Assembly (NCBI GenBank): GCA_964016885.1 | Contig: OZ024741.1 | Location: 396,304,001-396,368,000 of the forward strand | Direction of reading: 5' to 3' | Source of the DNA: Eledone cirrhosa | Taxonomy: Eukaryota | Length of the DNA stretch: 64,000 nt | Part shown: piece after piece, positions 1 to 14,600 of the stretch | Position numbering within the stretch: position 1 is the stretch's first letter | Layout of the letters: the number at the start of each line of letters is the position of its first letter | Program-made: the position numbers and the translations under genes | The notes under the pieces: generated by a model | The model's input: only the letters and a program-made list of their open reading frames with translations | What the model was told of the DNA's origin: nothing | Database searches by the model: none

Positions 1-109
1 ACACCACAAGGGTCAAATTCCTTCAATCAGTCACACCACAAGAGTCAAAGTGCATCAATCAGTCACACCACAAGGGTCAAAGTGCATCAATCAGTTACAC
101 CACAAGCGT

Positions 110-2793
110 CAAAGTGCATCAATCAGTCACACCACAAGGGTCAAATTCCTTCAATCAGTCACACAACAAGGGTCAAAGTGCATCAATCAGTCACACCACA
201 AGAGTCAAAGTGCATCAATCAGTCACACAACAAGGGTCAAAGTGCATCAATCAGCCACACCACAAGGGTCAAAGTGCATCAATCAGTTACACCACAAGGG
301 TCAAAGTGCATCAATAAGTCACACCACAAGAGTCAAAGTGCATCAATCAGTCACACCACAAGGGTCAAAGTGCATCAATCAGTCACACCACAAGGGTCAA
401 AGTGCATCAATCAGTCACACCACAAGGGTCAAAGTGCATCAATCAGTCACACCACAAGGGTCAAAGTGCATCAATCAGTCACACCACAAGGGTCGAAGTG
501 CATCAATCAGTCACACCACAAGGGTCAAATTCCTTCATTCAGTCACACCACAAGGGTCAAAGTGCATCAATCAGTCACACCACAAGTGTCAAAGTGCATC
601 AATCAGACACACCACAAGGGTCAAAGTGCATCAATCAGTCACACCACAAGGGTCAAAGTGCATCACAGTCACACCACATGGGTCAAAGTGCATCAATCAG
701 TCACACCACAAGAGTCAAAGTGCATCAATCAGTCACACCACAAGAGTCAAAGTGCATCAATCAGCCACACCACAAGGGTCAAAGTGCATCAATCAGTCAC
801 ACCACAAGGGTCAAAGTGCATCAATCAGTCAGACCACAAGGGTCAAAGTGGATCAATCAGTCACACCACAAGGGTCAAAGTGCATCAATCAGTCACACCA
901 CAAGGGTCAAAGTGCATCAATCAGTCACACCACAATAGTCAAAGTGCATCAATCAGTCACACCACAAGAGTCAAAGTGCATCAATCAGTCACACCACAAG
1001 GGTCAAATTCCTTCAATCAGTCACACCACAAGGGTCAAAGTGCATCAATCAGTCACACCACAAGAGTTAAAGTGCATCAATCAGTCACACCACAAGAGTC
1101 AAAGTGCATCAATCAGTCACACCACAAGGGTCAAAGTGCATCAATCAGCCACACCACAAGGGTCAAAGTGCATCAATCAGTCACACCACAAGAGTCAAAG
1201 TGCATCAATCAGTCACACCACAAGAGTCAAAGTGCATCAATCAGTCACACCACAAGGGTCAACGTGCATCAATCAGTATCACGACAAGAGTCAAAGAGCA
1301 TCAATCAGTCACACCACAAGGGTCAACGTGCATCAATCAGTCACACCACAAGGTTCAAAGTGCATCAATCAGTCACACCACAAGGGTCAAAGTGCATCAA
1401 TCAGTAACACCACAAGAGTCAAAGAGCATCAATCAGTCACACCACAAGGGTCAAAGTGCATCAATCAGTCACACCACAAGGGTCAAATTCCTTCAATCAG
1501 TCACACCACAAGGGTCAAAGTGCATCAATCAGTCACACCACAAGAGTCAAAGTGCATCAATCAGTCACACAACAAGGGTCAAAGTGCATCAATCAGCCAC
1601 ACCACAAGGGTCAAAGTGCATCAATCAGTCACACCACAAGGGTCAAAGTGCATCAATAAGTCACACCACAAGAGTCAAAGTGTATCAATCAGTCACACCA
1701 CAAGGGTCAAAGTGCATCAATCAGTCACACCACAAGGGTCAAAGTGCATCAATCAGTCACACCACAAGGGTCAAAGTGCATCAATCAGTCACACCACAAG
1801 GGTCAAAGTGCATCAATCAGTCACACCACAAGGGTCGAAGTGCATCAATCAGTCACACCACAAGGGTCAAATTCCTTCATTCAGTCACACCACAAGGGTC
1901 AAAGTGCATCAATCAGTCACACCACAAGTGTCAAAGTGCATCAATCAGACACACCACAAGGGTCAAAGTGCATCAATCAGTCACACCACAAGGGTCAAAG
2001 TGCATCACAGTCACACCACATGGGTCAAAGTGCATCAATCAGTCACACCACAAGAGTCAAAGTGCATCAATCAGTCACACCACAAGAGTCAAAGTGCATC
2101 AATCAGCCACACCACAAGGGTCAAAGTGCATCAATCAGTCACACCACAAGGGTCAAAGTGCATCAATCAGTCAGACCACAAGGGTCAAAGTGGATCAATC
2201 AGTCACACCACAAGGGTCAAAGTGCATCAATCAGTCACACCACAAGGGTCAAAGTGCATCAATCAGTCACACCACAAGAGTCAAAGTGCATCAATCAGTC
2301 ACACCACAAGAGTCAAAGTGCATCAATCAGTCACACCACAAGGGTCAAATTCCTTCAATCAGTCACACCACAAGGGTCAAAGTGCATCAATCAGTCACAC
2401 CACAAGAGTTAAAGTGCATCAATCAGTCACACCACAAGAGTCAAAGTGCATCAATCAGTCACACCACAAGGGTCAAAGTGCATCAATCAGCCACACCACA
2501 AGGGTCAAAGTGCATCAATCAGTCACACCACAAGAGTCAAAGTGCATCAATCAGTCACACCACAAGAGTCAAAGTGCATCAATCAGTCACACCACAAGGG
2601 TCAACGTGCATCAATCAGTATCACGACAAGAGTCAAAGAGCATCAATCAGTCACACCACAAGGGTCAACGTGCATCAATCAGTCACACCACAATGTTCAA
2701 AGTGCATCAATCAGTCACACCACAAGGGTCAAAGTGCATCAATCAGTAACACCACAAGAGTCAAAGAGCATCAATCAGTCACACCACAAGGGT
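110..2793. repeat. Tandem higher-order repeat, 2 x 1342 bp (42 monomers, one with a 2-bp deletion)
   Basis: Rare variants recur at a 1342 offset: CAATAAG (ORF ends 317/1659), GGTCGAAG, CTTCATTC, the 30-bp monomer CATCACAG (661/2003), GTGGATC, GTATCACGAC and GTAAC (1407/2749). 1342 = 42x32-2. Confidence 0.93.
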
Positions 2794-3119
2794 CAACGTG
2801 CATCAATCAGTCACACCACAAGGGTCAACGTGCATCAATCAGTCACACTACAAGGGTCAAAGTGCATCAATCAGTCACACCACAAGGGTCAAAGTGCATC
2901 AATCAGCCACACCACAAGGGTCAAAGTGCATCAATCAGTCACACCACAAGGGTCAAAGTGCATCAATCAGCCACACCACAAGGGTCAAAGTGCATCAATC
3001 AGTCACACCACAAGGGTCAAAGTGCATCAATCAGTCACACCACAAGAGTCAAAGTGCATCAATCAGTCACACCACAAGGGTCAAAGTGCATCAATCAGTC
3101 ACCACAAGAGTTAAAGTGC

Positions 3120-3375
3120 ATCAATCAGTCACACCACAAGGGTCAAAGTGCATCAATCAGTCACACCACATGGGTCAAAGTGCTTCAATCAGTCACACCA
3201 CAAGGGTGAAAGGACATCAATTGGTCACACCACAAGAGTCAAAGTGCATCAATCAGTCACACCACAAGGGTCAAAGTGCATCAATCAGTCACACCACATG
3301 GGTCAAAGTGCTACAATCAGTCACACCACAAGGGTGAAAAGACATCAATTGGTCACACCACAAGAGTCAAAGTGC
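3120..3375. repeat. Local 128-bp (4-monomer) duplication containing the divergent GTGAAA..CAATTGG monomer
   Basis: CACATGGG followed by the divergent monomer occurs at ~3170-3225 and ~3298-3354. ORF starts and ends are offset by 128 (3148/3276, 3209/3337). Confidence 0.85.
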
Positions 3376-6300
3376 ATCAATCAGTCACACCACAAGGGTC
3401 AAAGTGCATCAATCAGTCACACCACAAGGGTCAAAGTGCTTCAATCAGTCACACCACAAGGGTCAAAGTGCATCAATCAGTAACACCACAAGAGTCAAAG
3501 AGCATCAATCAGTCACACCACAAGGGTCAACGTGCATCAATCAGTCACACCACAAGGGTCAAAGTGCATCAATCAGTCACACCACAAGAGTCAAAGTGCA
3601 TCAATCAGTCACACCACAAGGGTCAAAGTGCATCAATCAGTCACACCACAAGGGTCAAAGTGCATCAATCAGCCACACCACAAGGGTCAAAGTGCATCAA
3701 TCAGTCACACCACAAGAGTCAAAGTGCATCAATCAGCCACACCACAAGAGTCAAAGTGCATCAATCAGTTACACCACAAGAGTCAAAGTGCATCAATCAG
3801 TCACACCACAAGAGTCAAAGTGCATCGATCAGTCACACCACAAGAGTCAAAGTGCATCAATCAGTTACACCACAAGAGTCAAAGTGCATCAATCAGTCAC
3901 ACCACAAGGGTCAAAGTGCATCAATCAACCACACCACAAGGGTCAAAGTACATCAATCAGTCACACCACAAGAGTCAAAGTGCATCAATCAGTCACACCA
4001 CAAGGGTCAAAGTGCATCAATCAGTTACACCACAAGAGTCAAAGTGCATCAATCAGTTACACCACAAGAGTCAAAGTGCATCAATCAGTCACACCACAAG
4101 AGTCAAAGTGCATCAATCAATCACACCACAAGGGTCAAAGTGCATCAATCAGTCACACCACAAGGGTCAAAGTGCATCAATCAGTCACACCACAAGAGTC
4201 AAAGTGCATCAATCAGTCACACCACAAGGGTCAAAGTGCATCAATCAGTTACACCACAAGAGTCAATGTGCATCAATCAGTTACACCACAAGAGTCAAAG
4301 TGCATCAATCAGACACACCACAAGGGTCAAAGTGCATCAATCAGTTACACCACAAGAGTCAAAGTGCATCAATCAGTTACACCACAAGAGTCAAAGTGCA
4401 TCAATCAGTCACACCACAAGAGTCAAAGTGCATCAATCAGTCACACCACAAGGGTCAAAGTGCATCAATCAGTCACACCACAAGGGTCAAAGTGCATCAA
4501 TCAGTCACACCACAAGAGTCAAAGTGCATCAATCAGTCACACCACAAGGGTCAAAGTGCATCAATCAGTCACACCACAAGGGTCAAAGTGCATCAATCAG
4601 TCACACCACAAGGGTCAAAGTGCATCAATCAGTCACACCACAAGAGTCAAAGTGCATCAATCAGTCACACCACAAGGGTCAAATTCCTTCAATCAGTCAC
4701 ACCACAAGAGTCAAAGTGCATCAATCAGTCACACCACAAGGGTCAAAGTGCATCAATCAGTCACAGCACAAGGGTCAAAGTGTTTCAATCAGTCACACCA
4801 CAAGGGTCAAAGTGCATCAATCAGTCACACCACAAGGGTCAAAGTGTTTCAATCAGTCACACCACAAGGGTCAAAGTGCATCAATCAGTCACACCACAAG
4901 AGTCAAAGTGCATCAATCAGTTACACCACAAGGGTCAAAGTGCATCAATCAGTCACACCACAAGGGTCAAAGTGTTTCAATCAGTCACACCACAAGGTCA
5001 AAGTGCATCAATCAGTCACACCACAAGGGTTAAAGTGCATCAATCAGTCACACCACAAGGGTCAAAGTGCATCAATCAGTCACACCACAAGGGTCAAATT
5101 CATTCAATCAGTCACACCACAATGGTCAAATTGTTTCAATCAGTCACACCACAAGGGTCAAAGTGCATCAATCAGTCACACCACTACGGTCAAAGTGCAT
5201 CAATCAGTCACACCACAAGGGTCAAATTCCTTCAATCAGTCACACCACAAGAGTCAAAGTGCATCAATCAGCCACACCACAAGAGTCAAAGTGCATCAAT
5301 CAGTTACACCACAAGAGTCAAAGTGCATCAATCAGTCACACCACAAGAGTCAAAGTGCATCGATCAGTCACACCACAAGAGTCAAAGTGCATCAATCAGT
5401 TACACCACAAGAGTCAAAGTGCATCAATCAGTCACACCACAAGGGTCAAAGTGCATCGATCAGCCACAGCACAAGGGTCAAAGTGCATCAATCAGTTACA
5501 CCACAAGAGTCAAAGTGCATCAATCAGTCACACCACAAGAGTCAAAGTGCATCAATCAATCACACCACAAGGGTCAAAGTGCATCAATCAGTCACACCAC
5601 AAGGGTCAAAGTACATCAATCAGTCACACCACAAGAATCAAAGTGCATCAATCAGTTACACCACAAGGGTCAAAGTGCATCAATCAGTTACACCACAAGA
5701 GTCAAAGTGCATCAATCAGTTACACCACAAGAGTCAAAGTGCATCAATCAGTCACACCACAAGAGTCAAAGTGCATCAATCAGTCACACCACAAGGGTCA
5801 AAGTGTTTCAATCAGTCACACCACAAGGGTCAAAGTGCATCAATCAGTCACACCACAAGGGTCAAAGTATTTCAATCAGTCACACCACAAGGGTCAAAGT
5901 GCATCAATCAGTCACACCACAAGAGTGAAAGTGCATCAATCAGTCACACCACAAGGGTCAAAGTGCATCAATCAGTCACACCACAAGGGTCAAATTCCTT
6001 CAATCAGTCACACCACAAGGGTCAAAGTGCATCAATCAGTCACACCACAAGGGTCAAATTCCTTCAATCAGTCACACCACAAGGGTCAAAGTTCATCAAT
6101 CAGTCACACCACAAGAGTCAAAGTGCTTCAATCAGTCACACCACAAGGGTCAAATTCCTTCAATCAGTCACACCACAAGGGTCAAAGTGCATCAATCAGT
6201 CACACCACAAGAGTCAAAGTGCATCAATCAGTCACACCACAAGAGTCAAAGTGCATCAATCAGCCACACCACAAGGGTCAAAGTGCATCAATCAGTCACA

Positions 6301-7989
6301 CCACAAGAGTCAAAGTGCATCAATCAGTCACACCACAAGAGTCAAAGTGCATCAATCAGTGACACCACAAGGGTCAAAGTGCTTCAATCAGTCACACCAC
6401 AAGAGTCAAAGTGCATCAATCAGTCACACCACATGGGTCAAAGTGCTTCAATCAGTCACACCACAAGGGTGAAAGGACATCAATTGGTCACACCACAAGA
6501 GTCAAAGTGCATCAATCAGTCACACCACAAGGGTCAAAGTGCATCAATCAGTCACACCACAAGGGTCAAAGTGCTTCAATCAGTCACACCACAAGGGTCA
6601 AAGTGCATCAATCAGTAACACCACAAGAGTCAAAGAGCATCAATCAGTCACACCACAAGGGTCAACGTGCATCAATCAGTCACACCACAAGGGTCAAAGT
6701 GCATCAATCAGTCACACCACAAGGGTCAAAGTGCATCAATCAGTCACACAACAAGGGTCAAAGTGCATCAATCAGCCACACCACAAGGGTCAAAGTGCAT
6801 CAATCAGTGACACCACAAGAGTCAAAGTGCATCAATCAGTCACACCACAAGGGTCAAAGTGCATCAATCAGTCACACCACAAGGGTCAAAGTGCATCAAT
6901 CAGTCACACCACAAGAGTCAAAGTGCATCAATCAGTCACACCACAAGGGTCAAAGTGCATCAATCAGTCACACCACAAGGGTCAAAGTGCATCAATCAGT
7001 CACACCACAAGGGTCAAAGTGCATCAATCAGTCACACCACAAGAGTCAAAGTGCATCAATCAGTCACACCACAAGGGTCAAATTCCTTCAATCAGTCACA
7101 CCACAAGAGTCAAAGTGCATCAATCAGTCACACCACAAGGGTCAATGTGCATCAATCAGTCACAGCACAAGGGTCAAAGTGTTTCAATCAGTCACACCAC
7201 AAGGGTCAAAGTGCATCAATCAGTCACACCACAAGGGTCAAAGTGTTTCAATCAGTCACACCACAAGGGTCAAAGTGCATCAATCAGTCACACCACAAGA
7301 GTCAAAGTGCATCAATCAGTCACACCACAAGGGTCAAAGTGCATCAATCAGTCACACCACAAGGGTCAAAGTGTTTCAATCAGTCACACCACAAGGGTCA
7401 AAGTGCATCAATCAGTCACACCACAAGGGTTAAAGTGCATCAATCAGTCACACCACAAGGGTCAAAGTGCATCAATCAGTCACACCACAAGGGTCAAATT
7501 CCTTCAATCAGTCACACCACAAGGGTCAAATTGTTTCAATCAGTCACACCACAAGGGTCAAAGTGCATCAATCAGTCACACCACTAGGGTCAAAGTGCAT
7601 CAATCAGTCACACCACAAGGGTCAAATTCCTTCAATCAGTCACACCACAAGAGTCAAAGTGCATCAATCAGCCACACCACAAGAGTCAAAGTGCATCAAT
7701 CAGTTACACCACAAGAGTCAAAGTGCATCAATCAGTCACACCACAAGAGTCAAAGTGCATCGATCAGTCACACCACAAGAGTCAAAATGCATCAATCAGT
7801 TACACCACAAGAGTCAAAGTGCATCAATCAGTCACACCACAAGGGTCAAAGTGCATCGATCAGCCACAGCACAAGGGTCAAAGTGCATCAATCAGTTACA
7901 CCACAAGAGTCAAAGTGCATCAATCAGTCACACCACAAGAGTCAAAGTGCATCAATCAATCACACCACAAGGGTCAAAGTGCATCAATC

Positions 7990-8690
7990 AGTCACACCAC
8001 AAGAATCAAAGTGCATCAATCAGTTACACCACAAGGGTCAAAGTGCATCAATCAGTTACACCACAAGAGTCAAAGTGCATCAATCAGTTACACCACAAGA
8101 GTCAAAGTGCATCAATCAGTCACACCACAAGAGTCAAAGTGCATCAATCAGTCACGCCACAAGGGTCAAAGTGTTTCAATCAGTCACACCACAAGGGTCA
8201 AAGTGCATCAATCAGTCACACCACAAGGGTCAAAGTATTTCAATCAGTCACACCACAAGGGTCAAAGTGCATCAATCAGTCACACCACAAGAGTGAAAGT
8301 GCATCAATCAGTCACACCAGAAGGGTCAAAGTACATCAATCAGTCACACCACAAGAATCAAAGTGCATCAATCAGTTACACCACAAGGGTCAAAGTGCAT
8401 CAATCAGTTACACCACAAGAGTCAAAGTGCATCAATCAGTTACACCACAAGAGTCAAAGTGCATCAATCAGTCACACCACAAGAGTCAAAGTGCATCAAT
8501 CAGTCACACCACAAGGGTCAAAGTGTTTCAATCAGTCACACCACAAGGGTCAAAGTGCATCAATCAGTCACACCACAAGGGTCAAAGTATTTCAATCAGT
8601 CACACCACAAGGGTCAAAGTGCATCAATCAGTCACACCACAAGAGTGAAAGTGCATCAATCAGTCACACCACAAGGGTCAAAGTGCATCA
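7990..8690. repeat. Local 352-bp (11-monomer) duplication
   Basis: The markers AAGAATC (~8003/8355), AAGTATTTC and GAGTGAAAG (ORF ends 8296/8648) recur at a 352 offset. Confidence 0.85.
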
Positions 8691-11600
8691 ATCAGTCACA
8701 CCACAAGGGTCAAATTCCTTCAATCAGTCACACCACAAGGGTCAAAGTGCATCAATCAGTCACACCACAAGGGTCAAATTCCTTCAATCAGTCACACCAC
8801 AAGGGTCAAAGTGCATCAATCAGTCACACCACAAGAGTCAAAGTGCTTCAATCAGTCACACCACAAGGGTCAAATTCCTTCAATCAGTCACACCACAAGG
8901 GTCAAAGTGCATCAATCAGTCACACCACAAGAGTCAAAGTGCATCAATCAGTCACACCACAAGGGTCAAAGTGCATCAATCAGTCACACCACAAGAGTCA
9001 AAGTGCATCAATCAGTCACACCACAAGGGTCAAAGTGCATCAATCAGTCACACCACAAGGGTCAAAAATGCATCAATCAGTCACACCACAAGGGTCAAAG
9101 TGCATCAATCAGTCACACCACAAGAGTCAAAGTGCATCAATCAGTCACACCACAAGGGTCAAATTCCTTCAATCAGTCACACCACAAGAGTCAAAGTGCA
9201 TCAATCAGTCACACCACAAGGGTCAAAGTGCATCAATCAGTCACAGCACAAGGGTCAAAGTGTTTCAATCAGTCACACCACAAGGGGCAAAGTGCATCAA
9301 TCAGTCACACCACAAGGGTCAAAGTGTTTCAATCAGTCACACCACAAGGGTCAAAGTGCATCAATCAGTCACACCACAAGAGTCAAAGTGCATCAATCAG
9401 TCACACCACAAGGGTCAAAGTGCATCAATCAGTCACACCACAAGGGTCAAAGTGTTTCAATCAGTCACACCACAAGGGTCAAAGTGCATCAATCAGTCAC
9501 ACCACAAGGGTTAAAGTGCATCAATCAGTCACACCACAAGGGTCAAAGTGCATCAATCAGTCACACCACAAGGGTTAAATTGTTTCAATCAGTCACACCA
9601 CAAGGGTCAAAGTGCATCAATCAGTCACACCACTAGGGTCAAAGTGCATCGATCAGTCACACCACAAGGGTCAAATTCCTTCAATCAGTCACACCACAAG
9701 AGTCAAAGTGCATCAATCAGCCACACCACAAGAGTCAAAGTGCATCAATCAGTTACACCACAAGAGTCAAAGTGCATCAATCAGTCACACCACAAGAGTC
9801 AAAGTGCATCGATCAGTCACACCACAAGAGTCAAAGTGCATCAATCAGTTACACCACAAGAGTCAAAGTGCATCAATCAGTCACACCACAAGGGTCAAAG
9901 TGCATCGATCAGCCACAGCACAAGGGTCAAAGTGCATCAATCAGTTACACCACAAGAGTCAAAGTGCATCAATCAGTCACACCACAAGAGTCAAAGTGCA
10001 TCAATCAATCACACCACAAGGGTCAAAGTGCATCAATCAGTCACACCACAAGGGTCAAAGTACATCAATCAGTCACACCACAAGAATCAAAGTGCATCAA
10101 TCAGTTACACCACAAGGGTCAAAGTGCATCAATCAGTTACACCACAAGAGTCAAAGTGCATCAATCAGTTACACCACAAGAGTCAAAGTGCATCAATCAG
10201 TCACACCACAAGAGTCAAAGTGCATCAATCAGTCACACCACAAGGGTCAAAGTGTTTCAATCAGTCACACCACAAGGGTCAAAGTGCATCAATCAGTCAC
10301 ATCACAAGGGTCAAAGTATTTCAATCAGTCACACCACAAGGGTCAAAGTGCATCAATCAGTCACACCACAAGAGTGAAAGTGCATCAATCAGTCACACCA
10401 CAAGGGTCAAAGTGCATCAATCAGTCACACCACAAGGGTCAAATTCCTTCAATCAGTCACACCACAAGGGTCAAAGTGCATCAATCAGTCACACCACAAG
10501 GGTCAAATTCCTTCAATCAGTCACACCACAAGGGTCAAAGTGCATCAATCAGTCACACCACAAGAGTCAAAGTGCATCAATCAGTCACACCACAAGGGTC
10601 AAAGTGCATCAATCAGCCACACCACAAGGGTCAAAGTGCATCAATCAGTCACACCACAATAGTCAAAGTGCATCAATCAGTCACACCACAAGGGTCAAAG
10701 TGCATCAATCAGTCACACCACAGGAGTCAAAGTGCATCAATCAGTTACACCACAAGAGTCAAAGTGCATCAATCAGTCACACCACTAGGGTCAAAGTGCA
10801 TCAATCAGTCACACCACAAGGGTCAAATTCCTTCAATCAGTCACACCACAAGGGTCAAATTGCATCAATCAGTCACACCACAAGGGTCAAAGTGTTTCAA
10901 TCAGTCACACCACAAGGGTCAAAGTGCATCAATCAGTCACACCACAAGGGTCAAAGTGTTTCAATCAGTCACACCACAAGGGTCAAAGTGAATCAATCAG
11001 TCACACCACAAGAGTCAAAGTGCATCAATCAGTGACACCACAAGGGTCAAAGTGCTTCAATCAGTCACACCACAAGAGTCAAAGTGCATCAATCAGTCAC
11101 ACCACATGGGTCAAAGTGCTTCAATCAGTCACACCACAAGGGTGAAAGGACATCAATTGGTCACACCACAAGAGTCAAAGTGCATCAATCAGTCACACCA
11201 CAAGGGTCAAAGTGCATCATCAATCAGTCACACCACAAGGGTCAAAGTGCATCAATCAGTAACACCACAAGAGTCAAAGAGCATCAATCAGTCACACCAC
11301 AAGGGTCAACGTGCATCAATCAGTCACACCACAAGGGTCAAAGTGCATCAATCAGTCACACCACAAGGGTCAAAGTGCATCAATCAGTCACACAACAAGG
11401 GTCAAAGTGCATCAATCAGCCACACCACAAGGGTCAAAGTGCATCAATCAGTCACACCACAAGAGTCAAAGTGCATCAATCAGCCACACCACAAGAGTCA
11501 AAGTGCATCAATCAGTTACACCACAAGAGTCAAAGTGCATCAATCAGTCACACCACAAGAGTCAAAGTGCATCGATCAGTCACACCACAAGAGTCAAAGT

Positions 11601-14600
11601 GCATCAATCAGTTACACCACAAGAGTCAAAGTGCATCAATCAGTCACACCACAAGGGTCAAAGTGCATCAATCAACCACACCACAAGGGTCAAAGTACAT
11701 CAATCAGTCACACCTCAAGAGTCAAAGTGCATCAATCAGTCACACCACAAGGGTCAAAGTGCATCAATCAGTTACACCACAAGAGTCAAAGTGCATCAAT
11801 CAGTTACACCACAAGAGTCAAAGTGCATCAATCAGTCACACCACAAGAGTCAAAGTGCATCAATCAATCAATCACACCACAAGGGTCAAAGTGCATCAAT
11901 CAGTCACACCACAAGGGTCAAAGTGCATCAATCAGTCACACCACAAGAGTCAAAGTGCATCAATCAGTTACACCACAAGAGTCAAAGTGCATCAATCAGT
12001 CACACCACAAGAGTCAAAGTGCATCAATCAGACACACCACAAGGGTCAAAGTGCATCAATCAGTTACACCACAAGAGTCAAAGTGCATCAATCAGACACA
12101 CCACAAGGGTCAAAGTGCATCAATCAGTTACACCACAAGAGTCAAAGTGCATCAATCAGTCACACCACAAGGGTCAAAGTGCATCAATCAGTCACACCAC
12201 AAGGGTCAAAGTGCATCAATCAGTCACACCACAAGAGTCAAAGTGCATCAATCAGTCACACCACAAGGGTCAAAGTGCATCAATCAGTCACACCACAAGG
12301 GTCAAAGTGCATCAATCAGTCACACCACAAGGGTCAAAGTGCATCAATCAGTCACACCACAAGAGTCAAAGTGCATCAATCAGTCACACCACAAGGGTCA
12401 AATTCCTTCAATCAGTCACACCACAAGAGTCAAAGTGCATCAATCAGTCACACCACAAGGGTCAAAGTGCATCGATCAGCCACACCACAAGGGTCAAAGT
12501 ACATCAATCAGTCACACCACAAGAGTCAAAGTGCATCAATCAGTTACACCACAAGAGTCAAAGTGCATCAATCAGTCACACCACAAGGGTCAAAGTGCAT
12601 CAATCAGTTACACCACAAGAGTCAATGTGCATCAATCAGTTACACCACAAGAGTCAAAGTGCATCAATCAGACACACCACAAGGGTCAAAGTGCATCAAT
12701 CAGTTACACCACAAGAGTCAAAGTGCATCAATCAGTTACACCACAAGAGTCAAAGTGCATCAATCAGTCACACCACAAGAGTCAAAGTGCATCAATCAGT
12801 CACACCACAAGGGTCAAAGTGTTTCAATCAGTCACACCACAAGGGTCAAAGTGCATCAATCAGTCACACCACAAGGGTCAAAGTATTTCAATCAGTCACA
12901 CCACAAGGGTCAAAGTGCATCAATCAGTCACACCACAAGAGTGAAAGTGCATCAATCAGTCACACCAGAAGGGTCAAAGTGCATCAATCAGTCACACCAC
13001 AAGGGTCAAATTCCTTCAATCAGTCACACCACAAGGGTCAAAGTGCATCAATCAGTCACATCACAAGGGTCAAATTCCTTCAATCAGTCACACCACAAGG
13101 GTCAAAGTGCATCAATCAGTCACACCACAAGAGTCAAAGTGCTTCAATCAGTCACACCACAAGGGTCAAATTCCTTCAATCAGTCACACCACAAGGGTCA
13201 AAGTGCATCAATCAGTCACACCACAAGAGTCAAAGTGCATCAATCAGTCACACCACAAGGGTCAAAGTGCATCAATCAGCCACACCACAAGGGTCAAAGT
13301 GCATCAATCAGTCACACCACAAGAGTCAAAGTGCATCAATCAGTCACACCACAAGAGTCAAAGTGCATCAATCAGTGACACCACAAGGGTCAAAGTGCTT
13401 CAATCAGTCACACCACAAGAGTCAAAGTGCATCAATCAGTCACACCACATGGGTCAAAGTGCTTCAATCAGTCACACCACAAGGGTGAAAGGGCATCAAT
13501 TGGTCACACCACAAGAGTCAAAGTGCATCAATCAGTCACACCACAAGGGTCAAAGTGCATCAATCAGTCACACCACAAGGGTCAAAGTGCTTCAATCAGT
13601 CACACCACAAGGGTCAAAGTGCATCAATCAGTAACACCACAAGAGTCAAAGAGCATCAATCAGTCACACCACAAGGGTCAACGTGCATCAATCAGTCACA
13701 CCACAAGGGTCAAAGAGCATCAATCAGTCACACCACAAGGGTCAAAGTGCATCAATCAGTCACACCACAAGGGTCAAAGTGCATCAATCAGCCACACCAC
13801 AAGGGTCAAAGTGCATCAATCAGTCACACCAAAAGAGTCAAAGTGCATCAATCAGCCACACCACAAGAGTCAAAGTGCATCAATCAGTTACACCACAAGA
13901 GTCAAAGTGCATCAATCAGTCACACCACAAGAGTCAAAGTGCATCGATCAGTCACACCACAAGAGTCAAAGTGCATCAATCAGTTACACCACAAGAGTCA
14001 AAGTGCATCAATCAGTCACACCACAAGGGTCAAAGTGCATCAATCAACCACACCACAAGGGTCAAAGTACATCAATCAGTCACACCACAAGAGTCAAAGT
14101 GCATCAATCAGTCACACCACAAGGGTCAAAGTGCATCAATCAGTTACACCACAAGAGTCAAAGTGCATCAATCAGTTACACCACAAGAGTCAAAGTGCAT
14201 CAATCAGTCACACCACAAGAGTCAAAGTGCATCAATCAATCACACCACAAGGGTCAAAGTGCATCAATCAGTCACACCACAAGGGTCAAAGTGCATCAAT
14301 CAGTCACACCACAAGAGTCAAAGTGCATCAATCAGTCACACCACAAGGGTCAAAGTGCATCAATCAGTTACACCACAAGAGTCAAAGTGCATCAATCAGT
14401 TACACCACAAGAGTCAAAGTGCATCAATCAGACACACCACAAGGGTCAAAGTGCATCAATCAGTTACACCACAAGAGTCAAAGTGCATCAATCAGACACA
14501 CCACAAGGGTCAAAGTGCATCAATCAGTTACACCACAAGAGTCAAAGTGCATCAATCAGTCACACCACAAGGGTCAAAGTGCATCAATCAGTCACACCAC

